Shown: piece by piece, positions 8,475 to 16,096 of the stretch | How the letters are laid out: every line of letters begins with the position of its first letter | Numbering within the stretch: position 1 is the stretch's first letter | Origin: Phycisphaera mikurensis NBRC 102666 | GTDB lineage: Bacteria; Planctomycetota; Phycisphaerae; Phycisphaerales; Phycisphaeraceae | NCBI RefSeq assembly: GCF_000284115.1 | Contig: NC_017080.1 | Coordinates: forward strand, 2,100,001-2,132,000 | Length of the DNA: 32,000 bases | Reading direction: 5' to 3' | Position numbers and translations under genes: made by a program | The notes under the pieces: model-generated | Databases searched by the model: none | What the model saw: the letters and a program-made list of their open reading frames with translations, nothing else | What the model was told of the DNA's origin: nothing

Positions 8475-10376
8475 TCAGCCGCCCGCGGGCTCACCGCCGA
8501 AGTCCCAGGTCTGCAGAAGCTCGCCGGAGGCGCTCCTGAGTTCGATGAAGTCGATCTCGGTCGTACCGGGCTTCCGCGCGGGATCGATGCGGAGCGAGCG
8601 GAGCTCGCCGGCGACCGGCAGCATGACCGTTGCGTCGGTCCACGCGCCGTCTGCCTGGAAGTCGAAGGTGACGCCCCGCCCGCGGTAGCCGCCGGCCGCG
8701 GCACTCGACCAGAATGCCTCGCCTACGGAAACGCCGCCGGTGTTGGACCGCAGCCGGATCCGCACCGAGACCGGACCGCCCGAGGCGGAGACTTCGGAGG
8801 TCAGCAGACCGGGGTCACCGGCGGTCCCGGTGACCCGCAGCACCCCATCGCCCGTGGACAGGGACGTGGATGGCAGTGCGACCCAGCCGGCCACGGCGGA
8901 GGACTCTCGCGCCGCCCGCTCTTCCGCGAGCGTCGGGTCGTAGGCGGGGTTCTTCGGGGGGACGGGCGTGCCCGTCGCTTCCAGGTGCTCGGCGATCATC
9001 GCGTCCAGTTCGGCCACCAGCGCCGGATGGTCCGCGGCGAGGTTCTTGGTCTCGCCGATGTCGTCGGCGAGGTTGTAGAGCTCGAAGCCGTACGCGCCCT
9101 CCACCTCCCCCGTGTAGAGCCGGATGAGCTTCCAGTCGCCGCGGATGACGGCGGAGGCCGAGACGTTCTCCGTCGCCGCCACGTAGTGCGGGAAGTGGAA
9201 GAAGGTGGCGTCGCGGACGGGCTCGCCGCGCTTGAGCACCGGCACCAGGCTCTTGCCGTCGAACTGCGCGGAGGCGGGCTTATCGAGGCCGGCCATCTCC
9301 AGGATCGTCGGGTAGACGTCGATGCTGTTGACCAGCGCGTCGGAGACGGCGCCGCCCTCCGCGACGCCCGGCCAGCGGATGATCACCGGCACGCGGATGC
9401 CGCCCTCGCCGATGTGGCCCTTGCCGTAGGCGAGCGGGGTGTTGTTCGTGGGCGTGGTGCCGTCAACCTGGTCGTACATGTTCCCGCCGTTGTCGCTCCA
9501 GTAGACGATGATCGTGTCCTCGGCGATGCCCAGCTCCTCGAGCCGGTCGAGCACGCGGCCGAGGTTCGTGTCCATCGTCTCGATCATCGCCGCCATCGTC
9601 GGCGACTCCTGCAGCCCGCGCGGATCGGACTTGCCGCGATACTTTTCGACGATCTTCGGCTTGGCCTGGAATGGAGCGTGAACGTCGTAGAACCAGAGAT
9701 TCAGGAGGAAGGGTTTGCCGCCGGCGTGGCTCTGCTCCATGAAGTCGAGGGCCTCGTCGGTGATGGCGTCGTCGATGTGCGTGCCGGCGGGCCGCTGGGG
9801 CAGCGTGTCCGACACCCACGGCGCAAAGAAACCTCCAGGCGGGCCGGGGTTGCCGCGGCCGCCGACCACCCGTTCGAAGCCGTGCAGCTCGGGGTGGTGC
9901 GGCGGAAGGCCCAGGTGCCACTTGCCCATGAAGGCGGTGGCGTAGCCCGCCCTCTGGAACGTGGTCCCGTACGTGTCGGCATCATCGGGGAGGAAGCGAG
10001 CGCTCTCCGGCACGAGGTACGCCTGGTTGGGGTTGCCGGTCTTGCCGTACAGCGGCGTCCCCTCCGGCAGCGGCGGCAGGTGCCCGGCGGGCGCGGTCAT
10101 CCCCAGCCGGTGCGGGTACTTGCCGGTCAGGATCGACAGCCGCGTCGGCGAGCACAACGGGCTGGCGGAGTAGCCGCGGGTGAAGCGAACCCCCGAGGCC
10201 GCGAGTCGGTCGATCTGCGGGGTTTCGTAGTACTCGCTGCCCTGGACGCCGGCGTCCATCCAGCCCTGGTCGTCGGGCACGACGACGATCACGTTGGGAC
10301 GTTCAGCCGCCTCGGCCGGAGCCAGCGAGCAGAGGATGACGCAGAGGCTCAGGACGAGGCGGTTCAGGACAGGCAT
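8475..10376 (-). CDS. Cys-type (formylglycine) sulfatase with an extra ~140-aa C-terminal beta-sandwich-like module
   Basis: Track ORF 8475..10892. Start placed at ATG 10376 (MPVLNRLVLSLCVILCSLAPAEAAERPNVIVVVPDDQGW, signal peptide). Motifs: PLCSPTRLSILTGKYPHR (C-x-P-x-R), MGKWHLG, WSDNGG. After the sulfatase fold comes GWVALPS...GDGVLRVTGTAGDP...LRSLRIDPARKPGTTEIDFIEL. Confidence 0.9.
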   Translation of the reverse strand: MPVLNRLVLSLCVILCSLAPAEAAERPNVIVVVPDDQGWMDAGVQGSEYYETPQIDRLAASGVRFTRGYSASPLCSPTRLSILTGKYPHRLGMTAPAGHLPPLPEGTPLYGKTGNPNQAYLVPESARFLPDDADTYGTTFQRAGYATAFMGKWHLGLPPHHPELHGFERVVGGRGNPGPPGGFFAPWVSDTLPQRPAGTHIDDAITDEALDFMEQSHAGGKPFLLNLWFYDVHAPFQAKPKIVEKYRGKSDPRGLQESPTMAAMIETMDTNLGRVLDRLEELGIAEDTIIVYWSDNGGNMYDQVDGTTPTNNTPLAYGKGHIGEGGIRVPVIIRWPGVAEGGAVSDALVNSIDVYPTILEMAGLDKPASAQFDGKSLVPVLKRGEPVRDATFFHFPHYVAATENVSASAVIRGDWKLIRLYTGEVEGAYGFELYNLADDIGETKNLAADHPALVAELDAMIAEHLEATGTPVPPKNPAYDPTLAEERAARESSAVAGWVALPSTSLSTGDGVLRVTGTAGDPGLLTSEVSASGGPVSVRIRLRSNTGGVSVGEAFWSSAAAGGYRGRGVTFDFQADGAWTDATVMLPVAGELRSLRIDPARKPGTTEIDFIELRSASGELLQTWDFGGEPAGG

Positions 10377-10474
10377 GAAGCAAACGCTCGGGGCGTCGGG
10401 GGGAGGTGCCGGCGATCGCGGGTGCCGGGGGTACGAAGAAGGGGCTGAAAGGGGCGGAGGAGCAGCTCGGGTCC

Positions 10475-11161
10475 TCAGGCGGTGCAGCGACGTTTCATCA
10501 GCGCGAGCGCTCCAAGGGACAGCAAGCTCACCGCTCCGGGTTCTGGAGCCGGTGCGGTGTCGGTCACCGTGATGAAGTCGACCTCGAACGTGCTTCCACT
10601 CGCGGGCGAGGCGTCGCCCGGCAGCGACCCGATCGGATCGATGCGGAGGTTGTTCACGCCGCCATTGGGCTTCATTGCGTTGAACGGCTCCAGGTCCACC
10701 GTCACGGTGTAGAAACCATCCCCGGAAGCCACGCTCGTGAACAGCGGAGCATCGGCGGCTTTGTTGGCGTCGATCGTGGTGGCGCTGCGGAGCCCGTGGT
10801 TGACGATCACCAGCAGCCCGTTGAAGTTGAACGTCTCGATCACCTTCCCCGCGGGGTCGGTTTCCCGGACCCGAAACGTCAAAGCGTCCCACCGGGCGTC
10901 GGCGGCCCGGGTGAAGGGAGCGGCTTTGTTCGGCAGGAAGAGGAACGGGTCATTGTTCGCTGCGGACACCGGCATCCCGGCCGTGCCGACCAGCATTCCT
11001 CCGTCCGCGGCGAAGTGATCGACGGTGTTGCTTGCCGTCCATCCCAAGGTGTTGCCCGCGGACTCGAACTGAAAGTCCGCCACAGTTTCGGCGCTTGCGG
11101 TGCCCGACAGAGAACACAAGGCGGCGGGAGCGACCAGGCAGCGTTGGAGGCGTTTCATCAT
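10475..11161 (-). CDS. PEP-CTERM sorting-domain protein (signal peptide, one beta-sandwich-like module, PEP-CTERM anchor)
   Basis: MMKRLQRCLVAPAALCSLSGTASA signal peptide. C-terminus APEPGAVSLLSLGALALMKRRCTA is a PEP motif followed by a TM helix and a basic tail. The body shares GW...DG.L.GTAG.P...LRIDP...VDFI motifs with the C-terminus of the adjacent sulfatase. Confidence 0.8.
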   Translation of the reverse strand: MMKRLQRCLVAPAALCSLSGTASAETVADFQFESAGNTLGWTASNTVDHFAADGGMLVGTAGMPVSAANNDPFLFLPNKAAPFTRAADARWDALTFRVRETDPAGKVIETFNFNGLLVIVNHGLRSATTIDANKAADAPLFTSVASGDGFYTVTVDLEPFNAMKPNGGVNNLRIDPIGSLPGDASPASGSTFEVDFITVTDTAPAPEPGAVSLLSLGALALMKRRCTA

Positions 11162-11247
11162 TTGGGGAGGGGGGGGATGGCGTTGCTTCCAGTCAACGCT
11201 GCCGCGGATGGGCGGAAGATCAAGCGACTGCCGAGGTCGCCACGCCG

Positions 11248-11276
11248 AGTTTAGCGGTACGTACCAGAATGTTCAA
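11248..11276 (-). promoter_or_regulatory. candidate sigma70-type promoter for the 11161..6099 operon (minus strand TTGAAC - 17 nt - TAAACT)
   Basis: The reverse complement of 11271..11276 is TTGAAC and of 11248..11253 is TAAACT, with a 17-nt spacer about 85 nt upstream of ATG 11161. The spacer contains the GGTACGTACC palindrome. Promoter rules for this phylum are poorly known. Confidence 0.3.
11256..11265. promoter_or_regulatory. operator-like perfect palindrome GGTACGTACC (context CGGTACGTACCAGA)
   Basis: Perfect 10-bp palindrome in the intergenic region. It is nearly identical, including flanks, to the site at 16087..16096. It fits the GntR-type GT-Nx-AC rule and an AraR-box-like GTACGTAC core. 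Confidence 0.4.
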
Positions 11277-11439
11277 TGGGCATGCATGGGTGACTTCCAT
11301 CCGGCGGCACCACGGGGTCGGAAGCTCCAAGGTACGCATCGGCATCGGTTCGAATTGAGACCGAGACAAGCGGCAGATTCGACACCATCAGCCCCATCTC
11401 GGCCTGCGGGCAAAAGGGCCTGCGATCGCTTGGGAGGGA

Positions 11440-11468
11440 TTGACTCGACAGCTCGCACGGTATAGACT
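11440..11468 (+). promoter_or_regulatory. candidate promoter for the PEP-CTERM gene at 11613 (TTGACT - 17 nt - TAGACT), overlapping a GGTATAGACT half-palindrome
   Basis: TTGACT at 11440..11445 and TAGACT at 11463..11468. GGTATAGACT (11459..11468) matches AGTATATACT at 22433..22442 in 8 of 10 positions. Confidence 0.3.
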
Positions 11469-11612
11469 GAGAGAGCAAACGCTGGTGGCCCAACTGCCCG
11501 ATGGGCTGCGCCTGACCTTCGTCGTCTCTCGCCCCTGCTTCCTTCCGCGGCTGTCCCCGATCGTCGGGTCCCGTCCGCCGCCTTCTCCCCGGTTTCTGGA
11601 GTCAAGAACCTC

Positions 11613-12356
11613 ATGCTGCTCGCATCCGACACGTCCCTCACGCCCCGCGCAGCCGTCGCGGTCGCCTTCGCCTGCGTGACCACCACCGCATCACTGCCGG
11701 CCGCGGCGGTCACCTTTTTCACCGACTTCGGCCGCAACGACGGCGTCGCGGGTGTGGATTCGCTTGAGGATCCGGCGACTGTTTTCAACAACACCGCCCG
11801 GACCGGCACCCTCACCTACGACGTCAGCGCGCTCGGCCTCGGCGGCACGGCGGCGACGTTGCAGATGGACGTCACCTCCTCGACCGCTGCCGCACCCGGT
11901 GAGCCCAATCGAGGCCTCCTCGGCAACGGCGGCACCAGCGGGATCTCGATCTTCGGTGGGGCGAACAGCAGCTGGTGGGACGCTGGCGGAACCGCCAGCA
12001 CGGGAGAGCCGCTGGTGTTCACGCTGTCGCTGCGGGATGGCGGCGGCGCGGACGTGACCGCGAACTACGAGGTCGACCTGATCGGCGTGGAGCTGCGTGG
12101 CAACAACACCACGGGATCGGCGACGTTCAATGGCAGCACCGTCTCGATCTCCGCGGCCGCAAGCGCAACGCCCGTCTTCTCCACCTTCGCGGTGGCGACC
12201 GGCGAAACCAGCGAGCTGGTGGTCAACGCTTCACGGCTCAACGACTCGGTCGCCCAGCTGGCGGCGTTCGAGTACAGCATCGAGATTCCTGAGCCTGCCT
12301 CGCTCGGCCTGGTCGGGGTCGGGGGTCTCGCGCTGCTCGGCCGCCGACGGGGCTGA
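11613..12356 (+). CDS. PEP-CTERM sorting-domain protein
   Basis: C-terminus IPEPASLGLVGVGGLALLGRRRG (PEP, TM helix, Arg tail). N-terminal hydrophobic signal-like segment AAVAVAFACVTTTASLPAAA. GGAG lies 13 nt upstream of the ATG. Confidence 0.8.
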   Translation: MLLASDTSLTPRAAVAVAFACVTTTASLPAAAVTFFTDFGRNDGVAGVDSLEDPATVFNNTARTGTLTYDVSALGLGGTAATLQMDVTSSTAAAPGEPNRGLLGNGGTSGISIFGGANSSWWDAGGTASTGEPLVFTLSLRDGGGADVTANYEVDLIGVELRGNNTTGSATFNGSTVSISAAASATPVFSTFAVATGETSELVVNASRLNDSVAQLAAFEYSIEIPEPASLGLVGVGGLALLGRRRG

Positions 12357-12379
12357 GCCTCACGCTTGTGGGCCGGCGT

Positions 12380-12401
12380 GCGCCCGGTGTCTTTCGGGCG
12401 C
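12380..12401 (+). terminator. GC-rich hairpin 24 nt after the stop of the 11613..12356 gene (GCGCCCG - 8 nt loop - CGGGCGC); no T-tract
   Basis: The 7-bp perfect stem is seen directly in the sequence. No U-run follows, so intrinsic-terminator status is uncertain. Confidence 0.2.
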
Positions 12402-13090
12402 CTGAGATGGACCGCCTCGCGTCCGGATGGGGGCTTCGGCACGCGGTCGCCGGTTCCCATTCAGAAGTTTCCAGGCGCCGCTCCTGAAGGAGTGTCGCCT
12501 ATTTTCGCCGATGGCTTCGGAAGTGCTCGCGCCGAGTGCGTCCGTTTCCCTGCCGACCGCCGCTTCCGTTCTGGTGGAAGGGTTCGAGCGGAGACTCAAG
12601 AACCAGCGGCAGTGGACCCATCGACACGTTGCTCGGGCAGAGCGGCGGGCCGCTCGATCGCGGTGGAGATCACGCGGGAGCCCGGCCTTCTTCTGGGGAG
12701 GAAAGCCTTCCGCCAGCTTCCGCCTTCTCAACGACCGGCGTGTGGATCAGGGCCACCGCCCTGACGAGCCGTCGCCATCGGCGGCGAGGGACCGGCAGGG
12801 GTGAAGGCTGACCGCTCTACACGCTGGAACCCTTCGGGCGGCACGTCAGGGCGGTGGCCGTGATCTGCATGCTGCCGGCTCGTGCGAGCTTCCTGTGCGG
12901 TGCCGAGGCAGCCGCCGTGGTCGAGGAAGTCGATGCAGAAGCGTCCCGCATCCTGATCCATTCCTCATGCGGCCCATGCCGTCGCCTGAATCGGCTGATG
13001 CCTCCCACGGAGCGGCACGGCGAGATCGCCACGCTTCGTGAAGAAGCGGCAGGAGCACCCGCGGACGGCAGCCTTCGCACGGCAGATTCA

Positions 13091-13123
13091 GCAACGGTCC
13101 GCGGGATCCCGTGCCACCGTTGC
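13091..13123 (-). terminator. stem-loop just downstream of the 14923..13142 gene (GCAACGG / CCGTTGC arms enclosing the CGGGATCCCG palindrome)
   Basis: 7-bp outer arms at 13091..13097 and 13117..13123, with an inner perfect 10-bp palindrome at 13102..13111. It begins 19 nt after stop codon 13142..13144 on the minus strand. No T-tract. Confidence 0.25.
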
Positions 13124-13141
13124 AAATGGCCGCTTCGGACC

Positions 13142-14923
13142 TCATCGGTCCGCAGGAACCACGGTCGGGTTGAGCCAGAGGCCCTGGTCGCCGCCGCCGT
13201 TCCCGAGACCATCCACGCGGAGGCCGAGGCGGAGCGGCTCGCCGTCGACGGCGGCCAGCGGCAGCGAGAAAGGCTGCGAGCCTGGCCGCCGCAGCGTTGC
13301 CTCCCAGAGCAGGTCGTCGCCGGAGAGGATGGCGAAGCGGAGGCCGTTGATCGACGCGACCTTCAGATCGACCGCTCCCGTCAGGCGGGGGCTTGGGCCC
13401 GGTGCCGCGATGTCGAACGTCGCGGTGGACACGCCTCCGCCGCCGGGCGGGTGGTGGTAGAGCGCGGGAAGCACGCCATCGGTGGTGGCGGCCAGGTCGA
13501 GCGACCAGGCGAGTGCGTCGCTCACGGTGGCGCGGGCGTCGCCCCGGCCGAGCCCGACCGACCTCGGCAGCACCGTGGCGCCCGGCGCCCACTGGGGAGC
13601 GTGCTCGGGGAAGGGGCCGGGCCGGGGCTCCGCCAGGGCGAGAGCCTCCGCGGGCAGGTGCTCTTGCGCGGTCCGGTAGACCGCCGGCCAGGCGTCCGTG
13701 CCGGCGGCGGCGAAGACCCGGTGCAGCGGCCGGGCCCGTTGCGGCACGCTGGGCGCGTCCGCGTCGGGATCCTCGGTCCACAGGCCCAGCTTCAGGCCGT
13801 GCTCGCCGCGGTGGTCGACGTGGCGGTGGTAGATGAAGGCGTCGATGCCCGGCATCCGCTCGATCCGCTGCCAGGCCAGCGCGAAGGCCATCGCCTGGAG
13901 GTCTTCGGACTGCGCCGTGTCGCCCGCGTCGAGGCCCTGCTCGGAGAGGATGACCCGCCGCGGCTGGCCGCCGACCCGCAGCGGAGGCCGCTGGAGGTAC
14001 GCCATCAGCACCTCGAGGTTCTTGAATGTGATGAACGGCGTGTCGTGCCCGAACATGGCCCACGGGTCGTCCCAGAAGCGGGCGTCGCGGAGGTTCTTCG
14101 GGTAGGGGTGGTAGGCGACATCGAAGGGCACGCCGCCGGCGGCCTCGGTGAGTTCCACCACCCGGTCCAGGAGGAAGCGGCCGCCGGTGAAGCGCAGCGG
14201 GTCCGGCTGGAGGCGCGTGTCCCAGACGTGGTCCAGCGAGGTGTAGATCCGCACCTCCGGCTGCTCGGCGGAGGCGGCGATCCAAGCCCTCCGCAGCTCC
14301 TCGGCGTGCTGCCGGGCGACCTCCTCCTCGGTCGCCTCGCCCATGTTGTGCCAGATCCAGTGCGAGGGGATCTCGTTGCCGACGACGTACCCGGCAATGT
14401 GGCCGTGCGGTGAAGCGGGATCGCCGTAGCGGCGGGCCATGAAGGCGAAGAAGGCGTCGAACCACGATCGCCCCTCGGCGGAGGCGAGGTTGAAGGCCCC
14501 CAAGCGGTTCGGAGCCCGCTGAACGTCGGTGTCCGGGTGCAGCAGGGGCGACCCGTTGGCCTCCGCTTCCGCCGACACCGGATTCAACACCACCGCCGTG
14601 ACCTTGACGCCGCGCCGGTTGAGCGCCCGGACCTCCTCGTCAAGTTCCCGCACGGCGGCGGGGCGGAAGCGGCGTGGACCCAGCGGCGTGTCCACCGAGA
14701 AGCGGGGGTCTGTGGAGCCAGCACTCCGGAGGTCGAGCAGCCGGTGCAGGATCAGGTTGATCGTGACGTGCTCGACGCCGATCGCCGGGAGGTCGTCGAG
14801 GTCGACCGGGACCGTCACGCCCTTCTCCAGCGGCGTCTCACGCGCCTCCGCCGCGGCGGAAAGAGGCGGCAGCGTCGCGAGGCAGGAGGCGGCGAGCAGG
14901 ATCAGGAAGAGGCGGTGAAGCAT
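13142..14923 (-). CDS. secreted uncharacterised clan GH-A-like (TIM-barrel) glycoside hydrolase candidate with a C-terminal beta-sandwich domain; paralog of 26758..28848
   Basis: Signal peptide MLHRLFLILLAASCLATLPPLSAAA. Motifs GYVVGNEIPSHWIWHNMG (Asn-Glu acid/base-like) and RRVILSEQG (nucleophile-like Glu), about 155 aa apart. HPYP and FIYHRH are also shared with the paralog. It possibly belongs to a DUF-type family (DUF5722 is my recollection only). Confidence 0.8.
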   Translation of the reverse strand: MLHRLFLILLAASCLATLPPLSAAAEARETPLEKGVTVPVDLDDLPAIGVEHVTINLILHRLLDLRSAGSTDPRFSVDTPLGPRRFRPAAVRELDEEVRALNRRGVKVTAVVLNPVSAEAEANGSPLLHPDTDVQRAPNRLGAFNLASAEGRSWFDAFFAFMARRYGDPASPHGHIAGYVVGNEIPSHWIWHNMGEATEEEVARQHAEELRRAWIAASAEQPEVRIYTSLDHVWDTRLQPDPLRFTGGRFLLDRVVELTEAAGGVPFDVAYHPYPKNLRDARFWDDPWAMFGHDTPFITFKNLEVLMAYLQRPPLRVGGQPRRVILSEQGLDAGDTAQSEDLQAMAFALAWQRIERMPGIDAFIYHRHVDHRGEHGLKLGLWTEDPDADAPSVPQRARPLHRVFAAAGTDAWPAVYRTAQEHLPAEALALAEPRPGPFPEHAPQWAPGATVLPRSVGLGRGDARATVSDALAWSLDLAATTDGVLPALYHHPPGGGGVSTATFDIAAPGPSPRLTGAVDLKVASINGLRFAILSGDDLLWEATLRRPGSQPFSLPLAAVDGEPLRLGLRVDGLGNGGGDQGLWLNPTVVPADR

Positions 14924-14947
14924 GGGAAGCGGAAGAGGGAGGAGGGT

Positions 14948-16027
14948 TCAGCGGCGGGGCGGGGCGACGCTCTCCCGCTCCACCAGCACCGGGCGGATGA
15001 CGCGGAGCAGGTCGTCGTCGGCGGGCTCACCCTCGCGCAGCAGCAGCCCGATGGCCGCGTCGACGTGGTCGCGGATGCGGCAATCCAGCGCCGTCATCGC
15101 CAGCGGCTGGAAGGCGCAGCGGTCCGTGCCGCCGTTGGCGACGATCGAGAGGTCCCGCGGGAGCGAGAGCCCGGCCCGGGTCGCGCCGCCGGCGACCGCG
15201 TACGCCACCTCCTCGCCGATCGCCACCAGCGCCGTGGGGTGCTCCCGCTTGCGGCGGAAGCGCGCGAGCGTGGCGCGGAAGGTGGCCTCCTCCAGCGACT
15301 CGCCCGCGGCGGGTCGGGGTCGGAGCACGTCTGTCTGCAGCTCGGACCGGTTGCGCACGCCCTCCATCGCCCGGACCCAGTGCTGGACCTGGATCTCCAG
15401 CGTCGGCGAGCCGGCACCGCCTTCCTGAGCGACCAGCCCGATGCGGCGGTGGCCGGCTTCGACCAGGTGCTGCACGCACAGCCGTGCGCCAAGCTCGTCG
15501 TCGCCGACGACCGAGCGCACGCCGGCGTGGTCGAGGCGTACCCCCAGCGAGGCGCAGGTCGACCTCGAGCGGACCATCGCCTGCCGCACCTCGTTGAGCG
15601 GGTTCGCCTGCGCGCCGATGACCAGCGAGGGCTCCTGCGTGCCGATCGCAGCGACCGCGAGGTGCTCGTCGCCGGGCATCATGCGGACGATCCTTGGGTC
15701 CCGGCCGTGGGCGTGCGCCGCCCGCACGCCGTCCTGGACGAACGCGGACGCCTGGGCGGAGTCGGTCGGCCCGTAGATCAGCGACAGCCGGCTGCCGACC
15801 CGCTCCGCCTCGACCCCGGGCCGGACGTAGAAGCCGCGGGGTTTGCGCTTCTCCACGAGCCCGTTCACCGCCAGCCGGGTGACCGCCTGCCGCACGGTGT
15901 TGCGGTGGAAGCCGTAGGTGCTGGACAGCTCGCGCTCGGTCGGCAACCGGTCGCCGGGCCGCAGGTCCCCGGCCCGCAGCTTCTCCAACAGATCCTCGTA
16001 GACGACTTCGTGCTTGGCTCGACTCAT
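14948..16027 (-). CDS. AraR-like transcriptional regulator (GntR-type wHTH N-terminus plus LacI/periplasmic-binding-type sensor domain)
   Basis: Track ORF 14948..16168. Start placed at ATG 16027 (MSRAKHEVVYEDLLEKLRAGDLRPGDRLPTERELSSTYGFHRNTVRQAVTRLAVNGLVEKRKPRGFYV, a GntR HTH). The remainder looks like a LacI-type effector domain (HRRIGLV..., ALVAIGEEVAYAV, LSIVANGGT). The stop lies 24 nt from the start of the GH-A-like gene, so co-transcription is likely. Confidence 0.85.
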   Translation of the reverse strand: MSRAKHEVVYEDLLEKLRAGDLRPGDRLPTERELSSTYGFHRNTVRQAVTRLAVNGLVEKRKPRGFYVRPGVEAERVGSRLSLIYGPTDSAQASAFVQDGVRAAHAHGRDPRIVRMMPGDEHLAVAAIGTQEPSLVIGAQANPLNEVRQAMVRSRSTCASLGVRLDHAGVRSVVGDDELGARLCVQHLVEAGHRRIGLVAQEGGAGSPTLEIQVQHWVRAMEGVRNRSELQTDVLRPRPAAGESLEEATFRATLARFRRKREHPTALVAIGEEVAYAVAGGATRAGLSLPRDLSIVANGGTDRCAFQPLAMTALDCRIRDHVDAAIGLLLREGEPADDDLLRVIRPVLVERESVAPPRR

Positions 16028-16086
16028 GAGAACAGTGTCCCCTTGGACCCGGTCGGGGCCACGGGTTGTCCGGGGGAACAGGCTAC

Positions 16087-16096
16087 GGTACATACC
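16087..16096. promoter_or_regulatory. operator-like site GGTACATACC (context CGGTACATACCAGA) in the regulator/isomerase divergent region
   Basis: 60 nt from regulator ATG 16027 and 84 nt from isomerase ATG 16180. It matches CGGTACGTACCAGA at 11255..11268 in 13 of 14 positions. Confidence 0.4.

Noticed and set aside
11347-11355. GGTTCGAAT, identical to a tRNA T-loop consensus, in the 11162..11612 intergenic region
   Set aside because: The flanking bases cannot form a T-arm (ATCGG versus TGAGA), and no acceptor, D or anticodon stems can be drawn. This is a chance match.
12511-12804. 97-aa very basic ORF (MASEVLAPSASVSLPTAASVLVEGFERRLKNQRQW...) and the 77-aa minus-strand ORF 12728..12961
   Set aside because: Third-position GC is moderate, but there is no RBS, no motif and no support from neighbouring context. 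I do not call them as genes; they are flagged only within the gap finding.
13102-13111. Recurrence of GCGGGATCCCG (13101..13111 and 22490..22500) as a possible dispersed element
   Set aside because: GGATCC-containing GC-rich strings occur at least a dozen times in the window, mostly inside coding regions. An 11-mer shared by two sites is weak evidence without a genome-wide count.
12846-14465. Alternative-frame ORFs over the GH-A-like gene (12846..14465 minus, 12854..14413 plus). The plus ORF begins in the non-coding gap with two CxxC motifs (CGPC, CHRC).
   Set aside because: The bulk of both ORFs overlaps the real gene at 13142..14923. A zinc-ribbon reading would require over 1.2 kb of antisense overlap before the first stop. 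Only the stretch inside the gap is unexplained (see the finding on 12357..13141).
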